Source: Nemertoderma westbladi (Eukaryota; Animalia; Xenacoelomorpha). Taken from it: 64,000 bases of DNA. How positions within the stretch are numbered: position 1 is the first letter of the stretch; each line of letters opens with the position of its first letter. Of this stretch, positions 1 to 13,240 are shown in pieces. Both the position numbers and the translations under genes were made by a program. The stretch lies in assembly GCA_032718475.1 (NCBI GenBank), contig JAUCBJ010000629.1, positions 34,550 through 98,549 on the forward strand. The letters are read 5' to 3'. Below the pieces are notes generated by a model that did not search any database, was not told where the DNA came from, and saw nothing but the letters and a program-made list of their open reading frames with translations.

Positions 1-80
1 TTAGAAAGTAATAAATCCAGATCATGAAATTTATTGCACAATGATTGAGCATTGACACTATAACAGTTGAGTAGTAGTTT
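1..80 (-). mobile_element. Start of a LINE (CR1/L2-like) ORF2 AP-endonuclease domain, running off the left edge
   Basis: Minus-strand translation LLNCYSVNAQSLCNKFHDLDLLL resembles the first APE motif (N-A-x-S-L-x-N-K) of CR1/L2 ORF2. Sequence to ~450 may be decayed ORF1. Confidence 0.5.
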
Positions 81-1319
81 CGATTTAGTAAAGGGCGTTT
101 TTGAATTCCGATTGTGTTGTTGAGTTGGATGGCGATCTTCTCCTCCAATTGGTATCCCTTTTATCCTTTCCTTTCATTTTCCTTTCATTTATTGCTGCCT
201 TGACCAATAAGGTGTCAGAGCTGCTACTTCACTATTGGCTAATGCCATAATGATAAGTCGCTTCCTTTCCTGATTAAATCCTTCTCTCACTATGTATGGG
301 CAACGGCTTGTGCTTAGTAATCCGATGCCTATAGTAGGTTGTTTTATATGCACCAATAAATATACACATGAAACAATAGGTTTAACATTTAGTACACAAT
401 AATAGCTTGCGCGGCCATCTAACTGTCCAATTTGGTTCCTATGACAAGCCTCCCGGTTGTAAGTTGACCTTTGGGGTTTGGCTTACTATCGGGGTGCTAA
501 TAGATTTCCCATTTTGTTACTAACTGTCTTGAGGTGACATATTGGTTTTTTCAGGGTGATGAAGTGCCTAAGGGATCGCTCCCGTAACACCTGTATACCA
601 ATATGTTCCTCGGGTATTCCCATACTTTGACATAAAGAATAGAGCAGCATACAGAGTTGTCATCCTAATTTTTGTTATGAAAAATATAATTAAATATGTT
701 TCAATTATAATTGCGATAATTAAACTGTACCTTATTATGTGTTGGATGGAAATACTTCCTCTTCATGAAAAGTTACAACTAAGAAAATGCCAGGAAAAAG
801 GTGAGACTATTATTATACAACTACAGTATCCCATTGTAAATGAATGACTAACTTTTGATGATATTTCTCGATGGTTTATCTGCCTTTCTATTCGGTGGAA
901 ATCTCTAGCGGACATTCGAATAAATTCACAGTTGTTTGTTTCCGTAGTTGCGCTTAAAACACGACTGTTTATCTGGAAAACAATAAATATATAAGTTTTA
1001 ATTAACAGATTTAATTAATTCAGGTTTAATATTGATAACGTTGTTCCAATTAAGATATTTCCAGATTTAGTTTTCCAATATCATGCGTATCACTGACTAT
1101 GCTACCTGTATGGCATGTGGTTTATTATATTCAAGGCGATTCAGAATTCAGGCCATAACATAATATAGTGGCCTCCAAAAATTAATGGAGGCGTACGCAT
1201 GTTAATATGTATTGGTAATTATGGTATTGCAGTAGTATATTTATTGTAATAAATAATAGGGGCCGAGCCCAATATCGGAAGATGAAATGAAATGAAAATG
1301 AGTGATTACAGCCATAACT

Positions 1320-1875
1320 GGTGAAGTTCTTGGGTTCGCATTACAAGAATGTAGAAGCAGTAGATATACCGCTCACACATATATCGAATCACTGACACCG
1401 TGTTAGGAAAGCAAATTAATGAATGGGCAGGGCAGCTCTCTCAAAAATGAATTCCATCTGGTAATCAGATCTCTCCAGGCATCTGTAGGCCGGGTTCTTT
1501 TGAGCCACAATGGAAAGAAAGTGTACCTACTTCTATATATTATATGTGTACTTATGTACGGGGGTGAGACCTGGACACTGACTAAATCAATTGAATAACG
1601 AATTGATGGTTGCTACACAAGACTACTAAGGGCAGCCCTAAACATCAGCTGGATACAACACATGACAAATGCCGAGCTTTATGGTACAATACCACCTGTC
1701 TGTATCAACCATCCTCCGTGAACGCAGAAGAATTCAATTGCTGAACATTCAGTGGGCAGTGCTGGAGAAGTAAATATGAGGTCATACCAGATCTATGTAC
1801 TTTTCTGGCAACAAACACAAGTTAGGTGTTTCTATGCACGGCCGGCTATGAATGGAATGAATGGTAATAATAATA
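1320..1875 (+). mobile_element. Decayed 3' fragment of an RTE-clade LINE
   Basis: Translates with stops and frameshifts as YGGETWTLTKSIE*RIDGCYTRLLRAALNISWIQHMTNAELYG, the post-RT thumb region of RTE elements (compare YGSPCWALT...LDGTFTRMLR at ~39100). Ends in an (AAT)n-like tail. Confidence 0.75.
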
Positions 1876-2037
1876 AATACTACAAAAAACACAAAAAAAT
1901 ACAAAAAAAACACAAAAAAATTCACACCAGAGAAAGGGCCCATTCCCTTTCATTGTTTAATCACGAGTACCTCTGGATCACAACGTGTCCAGAGTTCATA
2001 ATACTACCTCTGGGTACTCTGGCTATATTAAAAAACA

Positions 2038-2172
2038 GAAAACGTGATTATTCTATAAACAAAATGAACCCGTACAACTTTAGAAAACGTGATTATTCTA
2101 TAAACAAAATGAACCCGTACAACTTTAGAAAACGTGATTATTCTATAAACAAAATGAACCCGTCCAACTTTA
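2038..2172. repeat. 45-bp tandem repeat, 3 copies
   Basis: GAAAACGTGATTATTCTATAAACAAAATGAACCCGTACAACTTTA x3; explains the repeated peptide in ORF 1752..2183. Confidence 0.95.
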
Positions 2173-2473
2173 CAAAGTGCTGATTATACGATCTGATGAC
2201 AATTAATAGTTATTCGTTTGATAAGGCCAACTTGCATCAATCATCACTGATCTATTCTATCTTATTGAATTGTTTTGTCTAAGAATAAATCTTTGAATAA
2301 TATTATTTTTTAGTTTTGATAATATCTCGATTTTCGTAGTAACAAACTAGATTTTCAGGAGGGCCTTGGGAAGGTATTGGCATATTGAGCATATTACTGT
2401 ATATTGGCATTCTTAGAGAAAACTGTACAATGTTGGGGTTCTACTGTGTACTCTTCCTTCCGGTAATGGCGAC

Positions 2474-2730
2474 AAATATCGAGACTTGAAAAATATCGAG
2501 AGTAAAAATATCGCGAGTAATAATAACGAGTGTTGAAAAAAAACGCGATTAAAAAATATCGAGACTAAAAATAACGAATATCGAAAATATCGAGAGTAAA
2601 AAGCGAGGGTTAAAATATTGAGAATCAAATTATCGAGAGTAAAATTATTGAGAGTAAAAATATCGAGAGTAAATATATCGAGAGTAAAAATATTGAAAGT
2701 AAAAATATCGAGAGTAAAAATATCAAGAGT
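2474..2730. repeat. 15-bp minisatellite (AAAAATATCGAGAGT)n
   Basis: Degenerate 15-bp periodicity, clearest at 2641-2730. Confidence 0.9.
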
Positions 2731-2989
2731 ACAATTTTTTTAAATAAGGGTTTTATGATAATTTTTTTCCTAAAACTGTTCTAGAACAAAAAAAGTGTTC
2801 GAGAATAAAACTATTTATCAAAATTTGAAGCTTACACGTGTTCTATAACATAAAAAATGTAGAAAAAACTAGCTAGTATAAAAAATTAAAAATGTGATTT
2901 AGAACCAAAAAAATGTGTTCTAGAACAAAAATATTTATCAAAATTGATAGCTACTGTAGCACATCTTATATAATATTTATAAAAAAAAT

Positions 2990-3430
2990 ACTTTTCAAAT
3001 TGAGGGAAAGGAACGGAACAGGTTACAGAGGCAGGCTTTTCTAACCAAAACAATAAACGATCACTTTACCAAATGAGGGAAAGGAGCAGGTTACATTGGC
3101 GGTATTTTCTAACCTAAACAATAAACGATTACTTTTACCCATTAAGGGAAAGGAGCAGGTTACAGAAGAGGGCCTTTAAAACCAAAACTATTAACGATTA
3201 CTTTTACAAATTGAGGGAAAGGATCAGGCTACAGATGCAGGCTTTTCTAACCAAAACATTAAACGGTCACTTTACCAAATAAGGGAAAGGATCAGGTTAC
3301 AGATGCCGGCTTTTCTAACCAAAACATTAAACGGTCACTTTACCAAATAAGGGAAAGGAGCAGGTTACAGAGGTGGGCTTTTTTAACCAAAACAATAAAC
3401 GATCATTTACCATAATTGTGGGGAAGGAAC
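2990..3430. repeat. ~68-bp tandem repeat (6-7 copies) of a dispersed family
   Basis: GAGGGAAAGGAGCAGGTTACAGA...CTAACCAAAACAATAAACG units. Single related units also lie near 4985-5040, 43000-43040 and 47500-47575. Confidence 0.9.
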
Positions 3431-3581
3431 ACTTTACGCCGGCATGATTTTATGTATATTTGTATTCTTTATTGGGAAAACCTCTTTCATACGGCCCATT
3501 TTCGCTATCTGTGACTATCAAATGGGGAATAACTTCCGAAGTTAGTTAATTAATTACCATCATTCAGTCATTTACAACAGT

Positions 3582-4028
3582 ACATATCACAGAATCAGTA
3601 CCTAATGTAGTATAATGCAGTACTGTAGTACAGTAGGCCTACATATCACAGAATCAGTACCTAATGCAGTATAATGCAGTACTGTAGTACAGTAGGGCTA
3701 CATATCACAGAATCAGTACCTAATGCAGTATAATGCAGTACTGTAGTACAGTAGGCCTACATATCACAGAATCAGTACCTAATGCAGTATAATGCAGTAC
3801 TGTAGTACAGTAGGCCTACATATCACAGAATCAGTACCTAATGTAGTATAATGCAGTACTGTAGTACAGTAGGCCTACATATCACAGAATCAGTACCTAA
3901 TGCAGTATAATGCAGTACTGTAGTACAGTAGGGCTACATATCACAGAATCAGTACCTAATGCAGTATAATGCAGTACTGTAGTACAGTAGGCCTACATAT
4001 CACAGAATCAGTACCTAATGCAGTATAA
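3582..4028. repeat. 59-bp tandem repeat, ~7.6 copies
   Basis: ACATATCACAGAATCAGTACCTAATG(C/T)AGTATAATGCAGTACTGTAGTACAGTAGG(C/G)CT in near-identical copies. Confidence 0.97.
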
Positions 4029-6094
4029 TTCTTTCTAAAGCATCTGTTTAGAATCTTCATACAAAACATTCTTCAATTGGTTTTTTGGATTTCGATTTAT
4101 AAACAAATATATACATTTAAATATAAATTTTTTGGGTTGCAAAATGAATAGTAAGTGCATAGAATATAAGTGAACCTGATTAAGTGGCTAGAATCTAGAA
4201 CAAAGTCAAAATTTTCAAAATTTCAAAATATTTTGTACTACACTTTATAATCAGATTTTAAGATTGGATTTCGGACAGTATCGGTTCGGTAGAAGAAAAT
4301 ATGGCATTTTTATTTATTCCAGTCATATAATATATTTATGATGTGATTTTTAAAAAATACACGAAAATCGCCCAGAACCATCTTTTATTATTATATCTAT
4401 TGGATTAAAAGCATACAACATAAAAAAATAATAATAAATAAAAAATAATAATATATTTATATTTCAAATATATACCTTTTCTTCATTAACAAGGTCATAT
4501 CGAATCCCAAATAATGTGTTTCCGCTTGACTTTTGATTACTGTACTTTACTGTAGTTTTATGGTAAATTGACTCGCCTATAGCTGTATTAACTGCGACAC
4601 CAAAACGGAACGTTAAAGTCTTAGTTGGTTACTATGGCTATATTTTGCTATATATTACTCTAATAGTTTTGCGAGGTGATGGGTTGGTATATATTATGTT
4701 ATTAATGAGGACTGTGTGAACTGTTCCATTAAGTCTATTAATATACTCAATAGAATACATTACAATAAAGATGGTGATGATATTATTGATTACTATTATG
4801 AATCTAGATCCTCCCCACACGTTTGAATTACATTCACTACTGTATAAGCCTCATAAATAATATGTCACAGAGACACTGGTACTTTTCTGCTGAGGTTGAA
4901 ATGTTATTGTACTGAAAATCCATACCCCAATTTCAAATTTCTGTGTACTACGTTTGTAGCATAATATTTCCAATGTTAATTACCAATTAAGGGAAAGTAG
5001 CAGGTTATAGTGGCAAGTTATTCTAACCAAAACATTAAGCGAATGTCAATAGCATTTGTAATTATAAGCAATTGTATTATGATGCGTCAATAGCCCCCCC
5101 CCCCGCAATCTCCCAATCTGCAGAAACAATTGGTTTGTATAAAGTAATCCTATATATATATATATAAAATATAGTTTTGTGAGCAATGTAAATAATGTTA
5201 ATTTAATTGTTTATAATTAATTGTTGGATACTTTGATTGTATACCTAGATGTTATATAGATATGATGGATTGGATATGTCATGCGATGCGATGGCTGCTT
5301 GCATCACCGGTGAGTTAGGGTTGTGTATTTATTATATACAAGAGTGATGTGGCCTGGGTATTTGGTCGAAGGTCTAAATAAGACAGAGTCTATTTTTTCG
5401 GACCCTTCTCCCTTTCGGACCTGTCAAGGGTGAAATAAGGGGGGGGGGGGGGGGGGGGTTTATACGGCCTGTATTAATATGGTTCTTAGTCCTTTGTCAG
5501 GGGATCTACTGTAGGTTGGTAGACTAGACATATTGTTGTGACTTGTTGATGCTTTCTAGATACAAAGCGAGTCTGTTGTTAACCCGTATGTTTACAGGGC
5601 AAAGGGGTTCTAATGGATTTGGATCTTGGGGAAAACTCAGCTAGTTCGTCTTTAACTTCCACAAATATTGTTAATAAACAGTATAATAGTAAATAAATCA
5701 CAGATAGATAACTAGCTAATGTCCCTGAGTTCGGGACTCGTGCGGGACTATGGTTAAGCACTGGTTGAAAACTAGATGTTAGTATTTGCTCGTTGGTGAA
5801 GAAAATGCACCTCAGCCAGGGAGCTACTTAATCTAATACATGATAGCTTATACAAATTTGTTAGAAATCAATTGGAGTAGTGATTAAGAGAAGGAGATCA
5901 GGGTTGGGGTTGGGGTCGTGGAACTGTTGTAGATCCTCCGGACATTCTGGTTGGGGGTAGACGAAGTTGTCAACTTTTACATTAGGGACTGCTGGGAGCG
6001 ACCCACTGTTCATTAACCGCCATATCTGGCAGTAAGGTTGCGAGTTTTGGTCGATAGGTTGTAACATTTTGATGGTACGCATAACCGTGACTGC

Positions 6095-6600
6095 GTGATA
6101 GCGTCCTGCATGCCACTTGCGACCACTACTCTCGACATGGGTCATGTTGGACTCGACACAGCAAATAAATTATGGGCTCTAATTGTACTTCCGGCAACAG
6201 TATACGGCTGCTCCACTTTTACAGATGTCTCCTGGTCTCAACTATCCCAGCTACCACATGATGTGAAAGTAAGAGGCTTGCTTCTTCTATAAACTGTGGT
6301 GTGGCCTCAGTAAGTTTGCTTCAAACACGAGAATACTGGAGGTGGTTGACAATCCGGCATCTCTGTGGTGATAAATATACGCTACCTCACAAAACAACGT
6401 TGCCGTTTGGCATCACAGTTTATATCAAACGGTTTCCACCATAAGTTATGTAATAAGAACTGCTGGCGGCCGGATAGCGGATGTATATGCAAGTTTTGCA
6501 AAGAGTCTGCATCAGACGTTTCTTATGAAATATGTTGTACATCCATGCCACAGATGACAACACCACAATATCACTTACATTTTGGCATATTCCTTTCTTA
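6095..6600 (+). mobile_element. Decayed 3' end of ORF2 of a LINE related to the 37-43 kb element
   Basis: SNGFHHKLCNKNCWRPDSGCICKFCKESASD aligns by eye with SHGFHYKLCNNSTFHTPCPDCTCKFCQNSASD at ~42560-42655. Upstream GLDTANKLWALIVLPATVYG parallels SVETGIKIFKMKIAPMASYA. Confidence 0.7.
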
Positions 6601-7591
6601 GCCCTATAGATATTTGGCAGTCCTAGTGTATTACGTGTAGTAAAACTACAATACACTTCCTTTTCATATTTCAGACAGCCGTCCCATTCGGACATTCATC
6701 CCATTCATGGACTGGCATGTTTGAATCCCAGTTATTGTACAATCGTTTGTAAACATACCGATTTCCGGGTTATAAATTATTATAGTGACTCCTCAACTAA
6801 GTGACTTGAGTTTCATATACTTCATGTACTAATGATCTTCACAACTATTTGGGACAATAATGTTAGCAAAATAGCCAATCAGTCTTAAGATTATGACTTA
6901 GGTTTAGGACTTCAACATTTCATTCATTGTCTTTTAATTCGCGTTGAGCCCTCACAAACAAGCTATGAGCAACGTAATAAAGTAATGTTAGTTTCTCGCC
7001 GATGAGGCTCAGCACCAGTCGAATTGAATCCTAAATTAAACGAAGTTTTAAATTACAGATACATCATTAAGGTACTACAGGAACAAGGATGAAGAGAGTT
7101 AAAACTAGAAATGATATCATTGACAAACAAACACTGCAATGAAATCATGCAACACTCTTATGCTGTAGGCTTATCCAAATCCAGTGTGTCTAATCAAGCA
7201 AAATACCATTTTGTAGTGTTATTATAAAAAAAAAACGAAATCCTGTTCAAAGTGGCAAAGCTAATCAGAAACATAAGGTAACTACACTAACTAGTAGAAT
7301 TGAGATATATACATAATAATAACAATCAAACTAGATAATCTGCTAAAATTATTTTATAAATAAGCAGGAACACCTGGGAATTGACCAGTTGCCTATTCTC
7401 GCCATATGATATTTAAATTAAAACAAAAAATATAACAAAAAATAAATAAAACAAAAAAATAAATAAAGCAAAAAATAAATAAACAAAAAACTGACTACCA
7501 ACTACCACTTATCCTCTGTGATTCTAAATAGTCTAATATTGTTGCTACAATAATGTCAGGTCCTATTTTTCATTGATAGATAGATGAGCTG

Positions 7592-7887
7592 AGTAGAAGG
7601 GTCTTGGCCGGCTCTGTGACACTTGGACCCAACTGACACCCATTGGGTGTCATATGACACCCAATTATCACCCTATGGGTGTCATTGGGTGTCATTGGCG
7701 CCAGACTGTCTGGGTGACACCTCCCAATTAGGCTAATTAGACCCTAATTGAAAGGTGTCACAAATGAATGTACAAATGAATAAATAAAGTAAAATAGAAT
7801 ACAAATAATTAATTAAAATTAAATATAAATAAATAGGTATTAATGAATGGGTCCAAGTGTCACAGAGCCGGCCAAGACCCTACTACT
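7592..7887. mobile_element. 296-bp miniature inverted-repeat element with Polinton/Maverick-type ends
   Basis: 40-bp TIRs (AGTAG(A/T)AGGGTCTTGGCCGGCTCTGTGACACTTGGACCCA, one mismatch) and a perfect 6-bp TSD GAGCTG (7586-7591, 7888-7893). AGTAGT...ACTACT termini plus a 6-bp TSD are Polinton hallmarks. Confidence 0.75.
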
Positions 7888-9892
7888 GAGCTGGTTAGTA
7901 GGGGATGAAATCTACTATCTATAAGTTGCTTTCCTTTATATTGCCTGGATACAATATTCAACATAAAACATGTTTGTATTTCACCAATGTGAAGAGCAGT
8001 GTTAATTATATAAGCCAAGATTATAGATATTGCATTGGACTTGGGGTATGTGACTATTATTGAGCTGATTTCGGATGATTTGCCAATGCTAAGGGCCTCT
8101 ATACACCATTGAGTATAATGGGTAAAGATTACCAAAAAAATGTCTCGAGCTTCTCTTTCAAATCATGATTGTAAGATGTAAGGGGGGCTGCTGTTGTATA
8201 ACTTTGTCCCAGCCTTTCTCAATAACACCATACTCCTTATCATTATTGTCTGACATTGCTGCACTGCCTACAGAATACAATAACTGAATATTATTCTAAA
8301 AATAATCGACTATGCCTTTCGCCTGCAGTCATCTTTCTTTCATAATATATATCAAACTTTTTTATTTTTCCAGCAGATTAATTCGTGCATGTAAAGTGCC
8401 AACACATCTAGTCATCTATTTTTCCTTCGACTTCATGCTGGGTTTATCCCCAGTCTTTTTTTCATGTGATTTTTTTAGTGTCCGATGTAAAGTTTTATGG
8501 TGATTCTGAATCTGAAATCAGTTTTTCGATAAGTTGTTTCGTTCTCGAGTTATGTCAAGTTTTGTAATTTTCACCCAGAATTTGAAAATTTTTAATTTTG
8601 GTGCAGCACCCATTTGAAACCAAAACAGACCATCAAACACCCAGAAATTTCGAAATATTTTGCCATTTTCGGAATCAGCGCCGAAAATTTGCCTATAGGT
8701 ATCAAAACCACAGAAGAAGATCCTTTTTGAAAAATTTCAAACAATTTTCACTTTTGGTGCATGTTTGGTCAGTTGTAATCGGGGTGAAATTTAAATGTCA
8801 TTTTTCTTGCGTTGGCTTTTTAGGGAAGCTTTCTCTATCTACTTTTTAACTACTCAACCGATTTTCGTTCTGTTTGCAGAACTAGAAAGCCAGCAAGCTG
8901 GCTGGAAGGAGTCCGGGGGAAGAATCCTATTTACAAGACTATTACAAATAAACCTTGTCGGTCAGCAGTAAGCTAAACAATTGTCTAACTAAACTATAAG
9001 GCGTGGGGCTAGCTGACTTTGTGGCTCGTCCCACATAATAAAAAATGAAACTTTGCTATGACAACACACCCGGTTCTTTTAAATTTGCGTGATTTGAGTT
9101 TTATGCTCGCACCACTATTTGTAAGAAAAATATTAAAACTTATCTTACAGTATGCCAATGTAGTAATGGTATTAAAATATAATTAAATTAATTTACACTA
9201 TTAATGCTTCAGCTAAAAAATGATGCTAATCGTATGTAATAAAAAAAATAAGAATAATATTTTTAAGAACTTTCTACATATATCCTATACAAAATAATCA
9301 GCCCAATGATTCGTGGAATAATAATAATATAATCCTACTGCAGTTGTATATTTTATTTTGTTTATTGACAACTCAACTATTTTCTGTCTATCCCTGAGAA
9401 CTGATAAAGGATGCGTAGACTCAGCCAGCAGCCAGCAGCAGGAGGGGTGTAGTCAAGAAATTCTGCCTTGATGGAATTCTATCTCAGGCAGCCCTGAACG
9501 CAACCATATTCCTACACAGCTAGCTGCTGCAGCAGCTCAGGGAGGAGTTGTTACTTTACCATTGCTTTTAATTTCGCGACAAAATAATTTCAAAAAAGCG
9601 AAATATATCGAATACCACACATTGAATTGATCTGATATTTTGTAACGCGATTATGAACCACCAAAGCAATTTACTTGTAAAATTTCAACAAAATCGCCAG
9701 GCAGGAAATGCCTGAACCTAGATAATTATCAGTCAGTCAATCAGTCAGTGTATATATCCTGAGATTTTTACAGTAATGTATCCCTGAGATTCTTACAGTA
9801 AGTATCCCGCCTGTCGAGCGGGCTCCTAAATATGTAGAGGAATATTCCGAGCAAAAATTGTGTTGACAGAATTTTGAAATTTTGTTAAACAT

Positions 9893-10176
9893 ATCAGTGA
9901 CAAAAAGTGTAGATTTGACTTCAGTATATTTCGAACTACAGTTCTGATTCAATAGCCTCCAGACTCTGTTTAATAAATAGATGGCAAAGAAGAAATAAAT
10001 AGCAAGAAATTAACACATTACAGAAATTGCACAAACAGTATCTAGTGACAGTATGTAGCTAGCTGAACCGGTAACCTGTAAAGTGTTAATTCCTTGCTAT
10101 TTATTAAACAGAGTCTGGAGGCAATTGAATAAGAAATTTAGTTCGAAATATCAATTCTTCACTTTTTGTCACTGAT
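9893..10176. repeat. Imperfect fold-back (MITE-like) inverted repeat
   Basis: ATCAGTGACAAAAAGTG...GCCTCCAGACTCTGTTTAATAAATAG is mirrored by CTATTTATTAAACAGAGTCTGGAGGC...CACTTTTTGTCACTGAT. Confidence 0.75.
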
Positions 10177-10852
10177 CAGTCTTACAAGCAACTATGAAAA
10201 TAAAAGTCAATATGTAGACAATTCTCATTCACTGTAACAGTTCAATATTTATAAATGAAAGTGAACGTCGTCACCCACAAACGAGAGCGTTATGCGGATT
10301 ATTATGTCTGAATAAAACTCAAATAAAATGGAATTCCACTTCCACTAGTTTGATTGATTTATCACGTCATCATGACTGTCATCTAAAAGCTAGATAGTCC
10401 CGAGTTCCACCCGTGAAACAACTCATTAGTCAAATATGATTATTCATTATTTCATTTCTTTTCAACATCCGGAATTCTGGTCCCAGTGGATACAATTTTG
10501 GTAAAAATTGTCCAAATAAATAAAACATAGCATTTTACTGAGGCAAATCTACATTTATTTCTACGTATGTTCTTCTCTGGTTATTGAAATTTATTAATTG
10601 ATGTGCTTATTGATAAATATTATTTTAAGTAACTTTTGTTTGAAAAAAATATAAAAACATTAAAATGGAGCACATCGTAATCGGATATGTACTCGGTCGC
10701 AATTTAAAATACAATGAGAAAATACCATGTTCCAGAACATGGTATACACTGTATTTATTAGATATAATAAAATGGCCTGCAGATATAATAAGCAAATATA
10801 TGCAACTTTCGAATGCCCAGCAAAATTTCCCAGCCAAATTGAAATATTTTTA

Positions 10853-11030
10853 CCGGTCTTCATGTACTTCAATACAGCAATATGCAGATTGGGCTGTATT
10901 AGGGCTGTGTGCCGGTCTGCATGTACTTCAATACAGCAATAGGCAGATGGCTGTGTGCCGGTCTTCATATACTTCAATACAGCAATCAGGCAATAGGAGG
11001 CAGATAGGGCTGTGTGCCAGTCTGCATGTA
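10853..11030. repeat. Irregular short tandem repeat
   Basis: 3-4 copies of GCTGTGTGCCGGTCT(T/G)CATGTACTTCAATACAGCAAT. Confidence 0.75.
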
Positions 11031-11269
11031 CAGATATGTAGCAAATAAAGAATTTTCATGAATTAAATTATTAATTGTAGTTTACAAGAAGTTCATACCA
11101 TAAAAATGTTATGCTTTCAAATGCATGTGCGTACAGGGGAAAAAGATGTTTCCAAAGAAAATGAGAAGAATGAGAAGAAACAGGTCATCATTATAGAACT
11201 GCCGTTGCTCGACTCAGATGAGTAGGTGTAGAGATGAGTCCATCTCCGATCCTGAGAGCCTGAGGGAGG

Positions 11270-11790
11270 ACCAGTTTTCCAATCAGTGTCAGATTTCTGA
11301 CAAATATTGTTAATATAACGATGGACCCAAGACAAAACTCGGACTGGATGTTCCAATGAGGAATATTTGGAGAGATCCTGGATATCCCAGCTTGATAGAG
11401 GTGCAACTGATTCAATAGTTGCAAGTTGAGGTGGTGGCAAAGGTTCCACTGGACAACAGCAGTTCTGAATCAAGAATGAAGGATCATGAAGGTAGAGTGA
11501 GTTATGAAAGATATCTGATTTTCCTCAACCACAGGATGGTATATCGGCAGCATTAAGAAAACTGGGAAAAATTGCCATTGCTGCGGTTCAGTAAGAGAGG
11601 CAATCTCAGAAAGCCGGTTCAAGACAAAAACATCACATTTAGCCAAACCCTTGCGTATCCAGACAAGTGTACATTGTGAATCACTCCGCAAGAATATGCA
11701 TCGGGGTTGAACAATATCAGTACGAATATGTTCGGGGAATCATGCTCCAAGTAGAGCAGACATAAGCTCTAACCAAGGAACGGATAGTGA
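11270..11790 (-). mobile_element. BEL/Pao LTR retrotransposon remnant, RNase H / connection region
   Basis: Minus-strand peptides SVPWLELMSALLGA, SDSQCTLVWIR...FVLNRLSEI...WQF and KYSSLEHPVRVLSWVHRYINN match Pao-family PRLEL.AA.LG, DS...L.WI...FV.NR..EI and .SS..KL.RV.AWV.RF motifs. Confidence 0.85.
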
Positions 11791-12104
11791 AGATTTCTTA
11801 GCAGATCTCTTAACCGTATTACCACTGGGGTGTTTAGACCATTTTACCAGCACTGGTGGAGGGCCGATTCCCCCCCCCCCCCCCCCCCCCTCTGTATTTT
11901 TGTAATCATCCAATGAAATCGTACGAAATTTGGGCTGTAATTGAAAAAATTATCAAAGAACATTTTCAAATCCAAAAAAAAGAATATTTCATAAGGTGGG
12001 TATAATAATTTTCATGAAAAATAGAAGTAGTCCCTGGATAAAATATAAAATTATTTGATATTCTAAAAACCTATAGTGTGGCATTGTTGGCTAGCGTTAG
12101 TAGG

Positions 12105-12878
12105 TATTTCACTACGCTGAATCGAATGTGATTATATTCCATTTCCGAAAATTGAACTGGATGCTACTTTCGTGCTCCCAAGAAGTGGGCGTGGCACTTC
12201 AAATTTTGAAAAGTACGATATTCGGGAAATCCCCAAGTTTTGATTTCAACGCATTTTTATAGGTTTTCTGGACCGCTGAATCGATTGAAAGTAATATAGA
12301 AGCATTAAGTCTTATTGTCTTATCATTTTTGGAGCACCAAATTAGGGCATGGCACTTCAAATATTGAAAAAGATGAGATTCAGAAAATAAACCAAACTTG
12401 AGATTTCAACGCACATTTATATGTTTTCTGGACTGCTGAACCGATTTAAAGTACTACAGAAGCCTGAAGACTTAGTGGTTCGTCATTTTTGGTGCACCAA
12501 AATTGGGGAGTGGCACTTATTCTAATTTTGAAAAAGTACCACACCCTAATTTTGGTGTACCAATAATGACGTACCACTAAGACTTGAGGCTTCAATATTA
12601 TTTTCAATCGATTCAGCGGTCTAGAGAACCTATAAATATGGGTTGAAATGAAAACCTTGTGGTATTTTCGTAATATCATAATTTTGAAAATTTTAAGTTG
12701 CCTACTTGCCATACCCTAATTTTGGTGCACCAAAAATTATGTACCACTAATAATTGAGGCTTATATATCACATTCAATCGATTCAGTGGTCCAGAAAACC
12801 CATAAAAATGCGTTGAAATCAAAATTTAAAAATCACAATTTAACGAATATTGCAATTTTGAAAATTTGAAGTGCCACC
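12105..12878. repeat. Fold-back array of ~160-170-bp units (DNA-transposon-type subterminal repeats)
   Basis: Units with GTGGCACTTCAAA...GATTTCAACGCA...GCTGAATCGATT run forward to ~12540, then reverse-complemented to 12878. Related GCTGATT/GAATC motifs occur at ~8500-8700 and ~43400. Confidence 0.7.
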
Positions 12879-12899
12879 CTTTACAAACTAGTAGCTTTA

Positions 12900-13240
12900 C
12901 AAGCTACGCAAGTTTGACAAAGACTTTACAATCTGTGTGAGTATCTTCAGGCCGAACCTGTAGCACAGATAATAAAGTTGAATTACCAGGATTACGTGAA
13001 TTCGGAAAATAGACACTATTAGAAGGGGGAACAGAAGGTACAGGAATAGTGTTTACCCTATTGAGTGAGTGTACTGGGGACGATGTGGAACCAGATTGTT
13101 GAACACCAGAATGACCCCCATTAGTTAGATTACGAAGTGAAGACATCGAGAAACACAGTAGTGTATGGTGACGCCTATCACAGTTAGTACACGTTCGTGG
13201 GGCCTTCGCGCAGCACGAGGCCCAGTTATGAGATACAAAT
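12900..13240 (-). mobile_element. BEL/Pao gag zinc-knuckle remnant
   Basis: Minus strand HNWASCCAKAPRTCTNCDRRHHTLLC is the characteristic BEL/Pao C..C...HHTLL knuckle. Same strand and correct order relative to the RNase H remnant at 11270-11790, so probably one internally deleted element. Confidence 0.8.
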
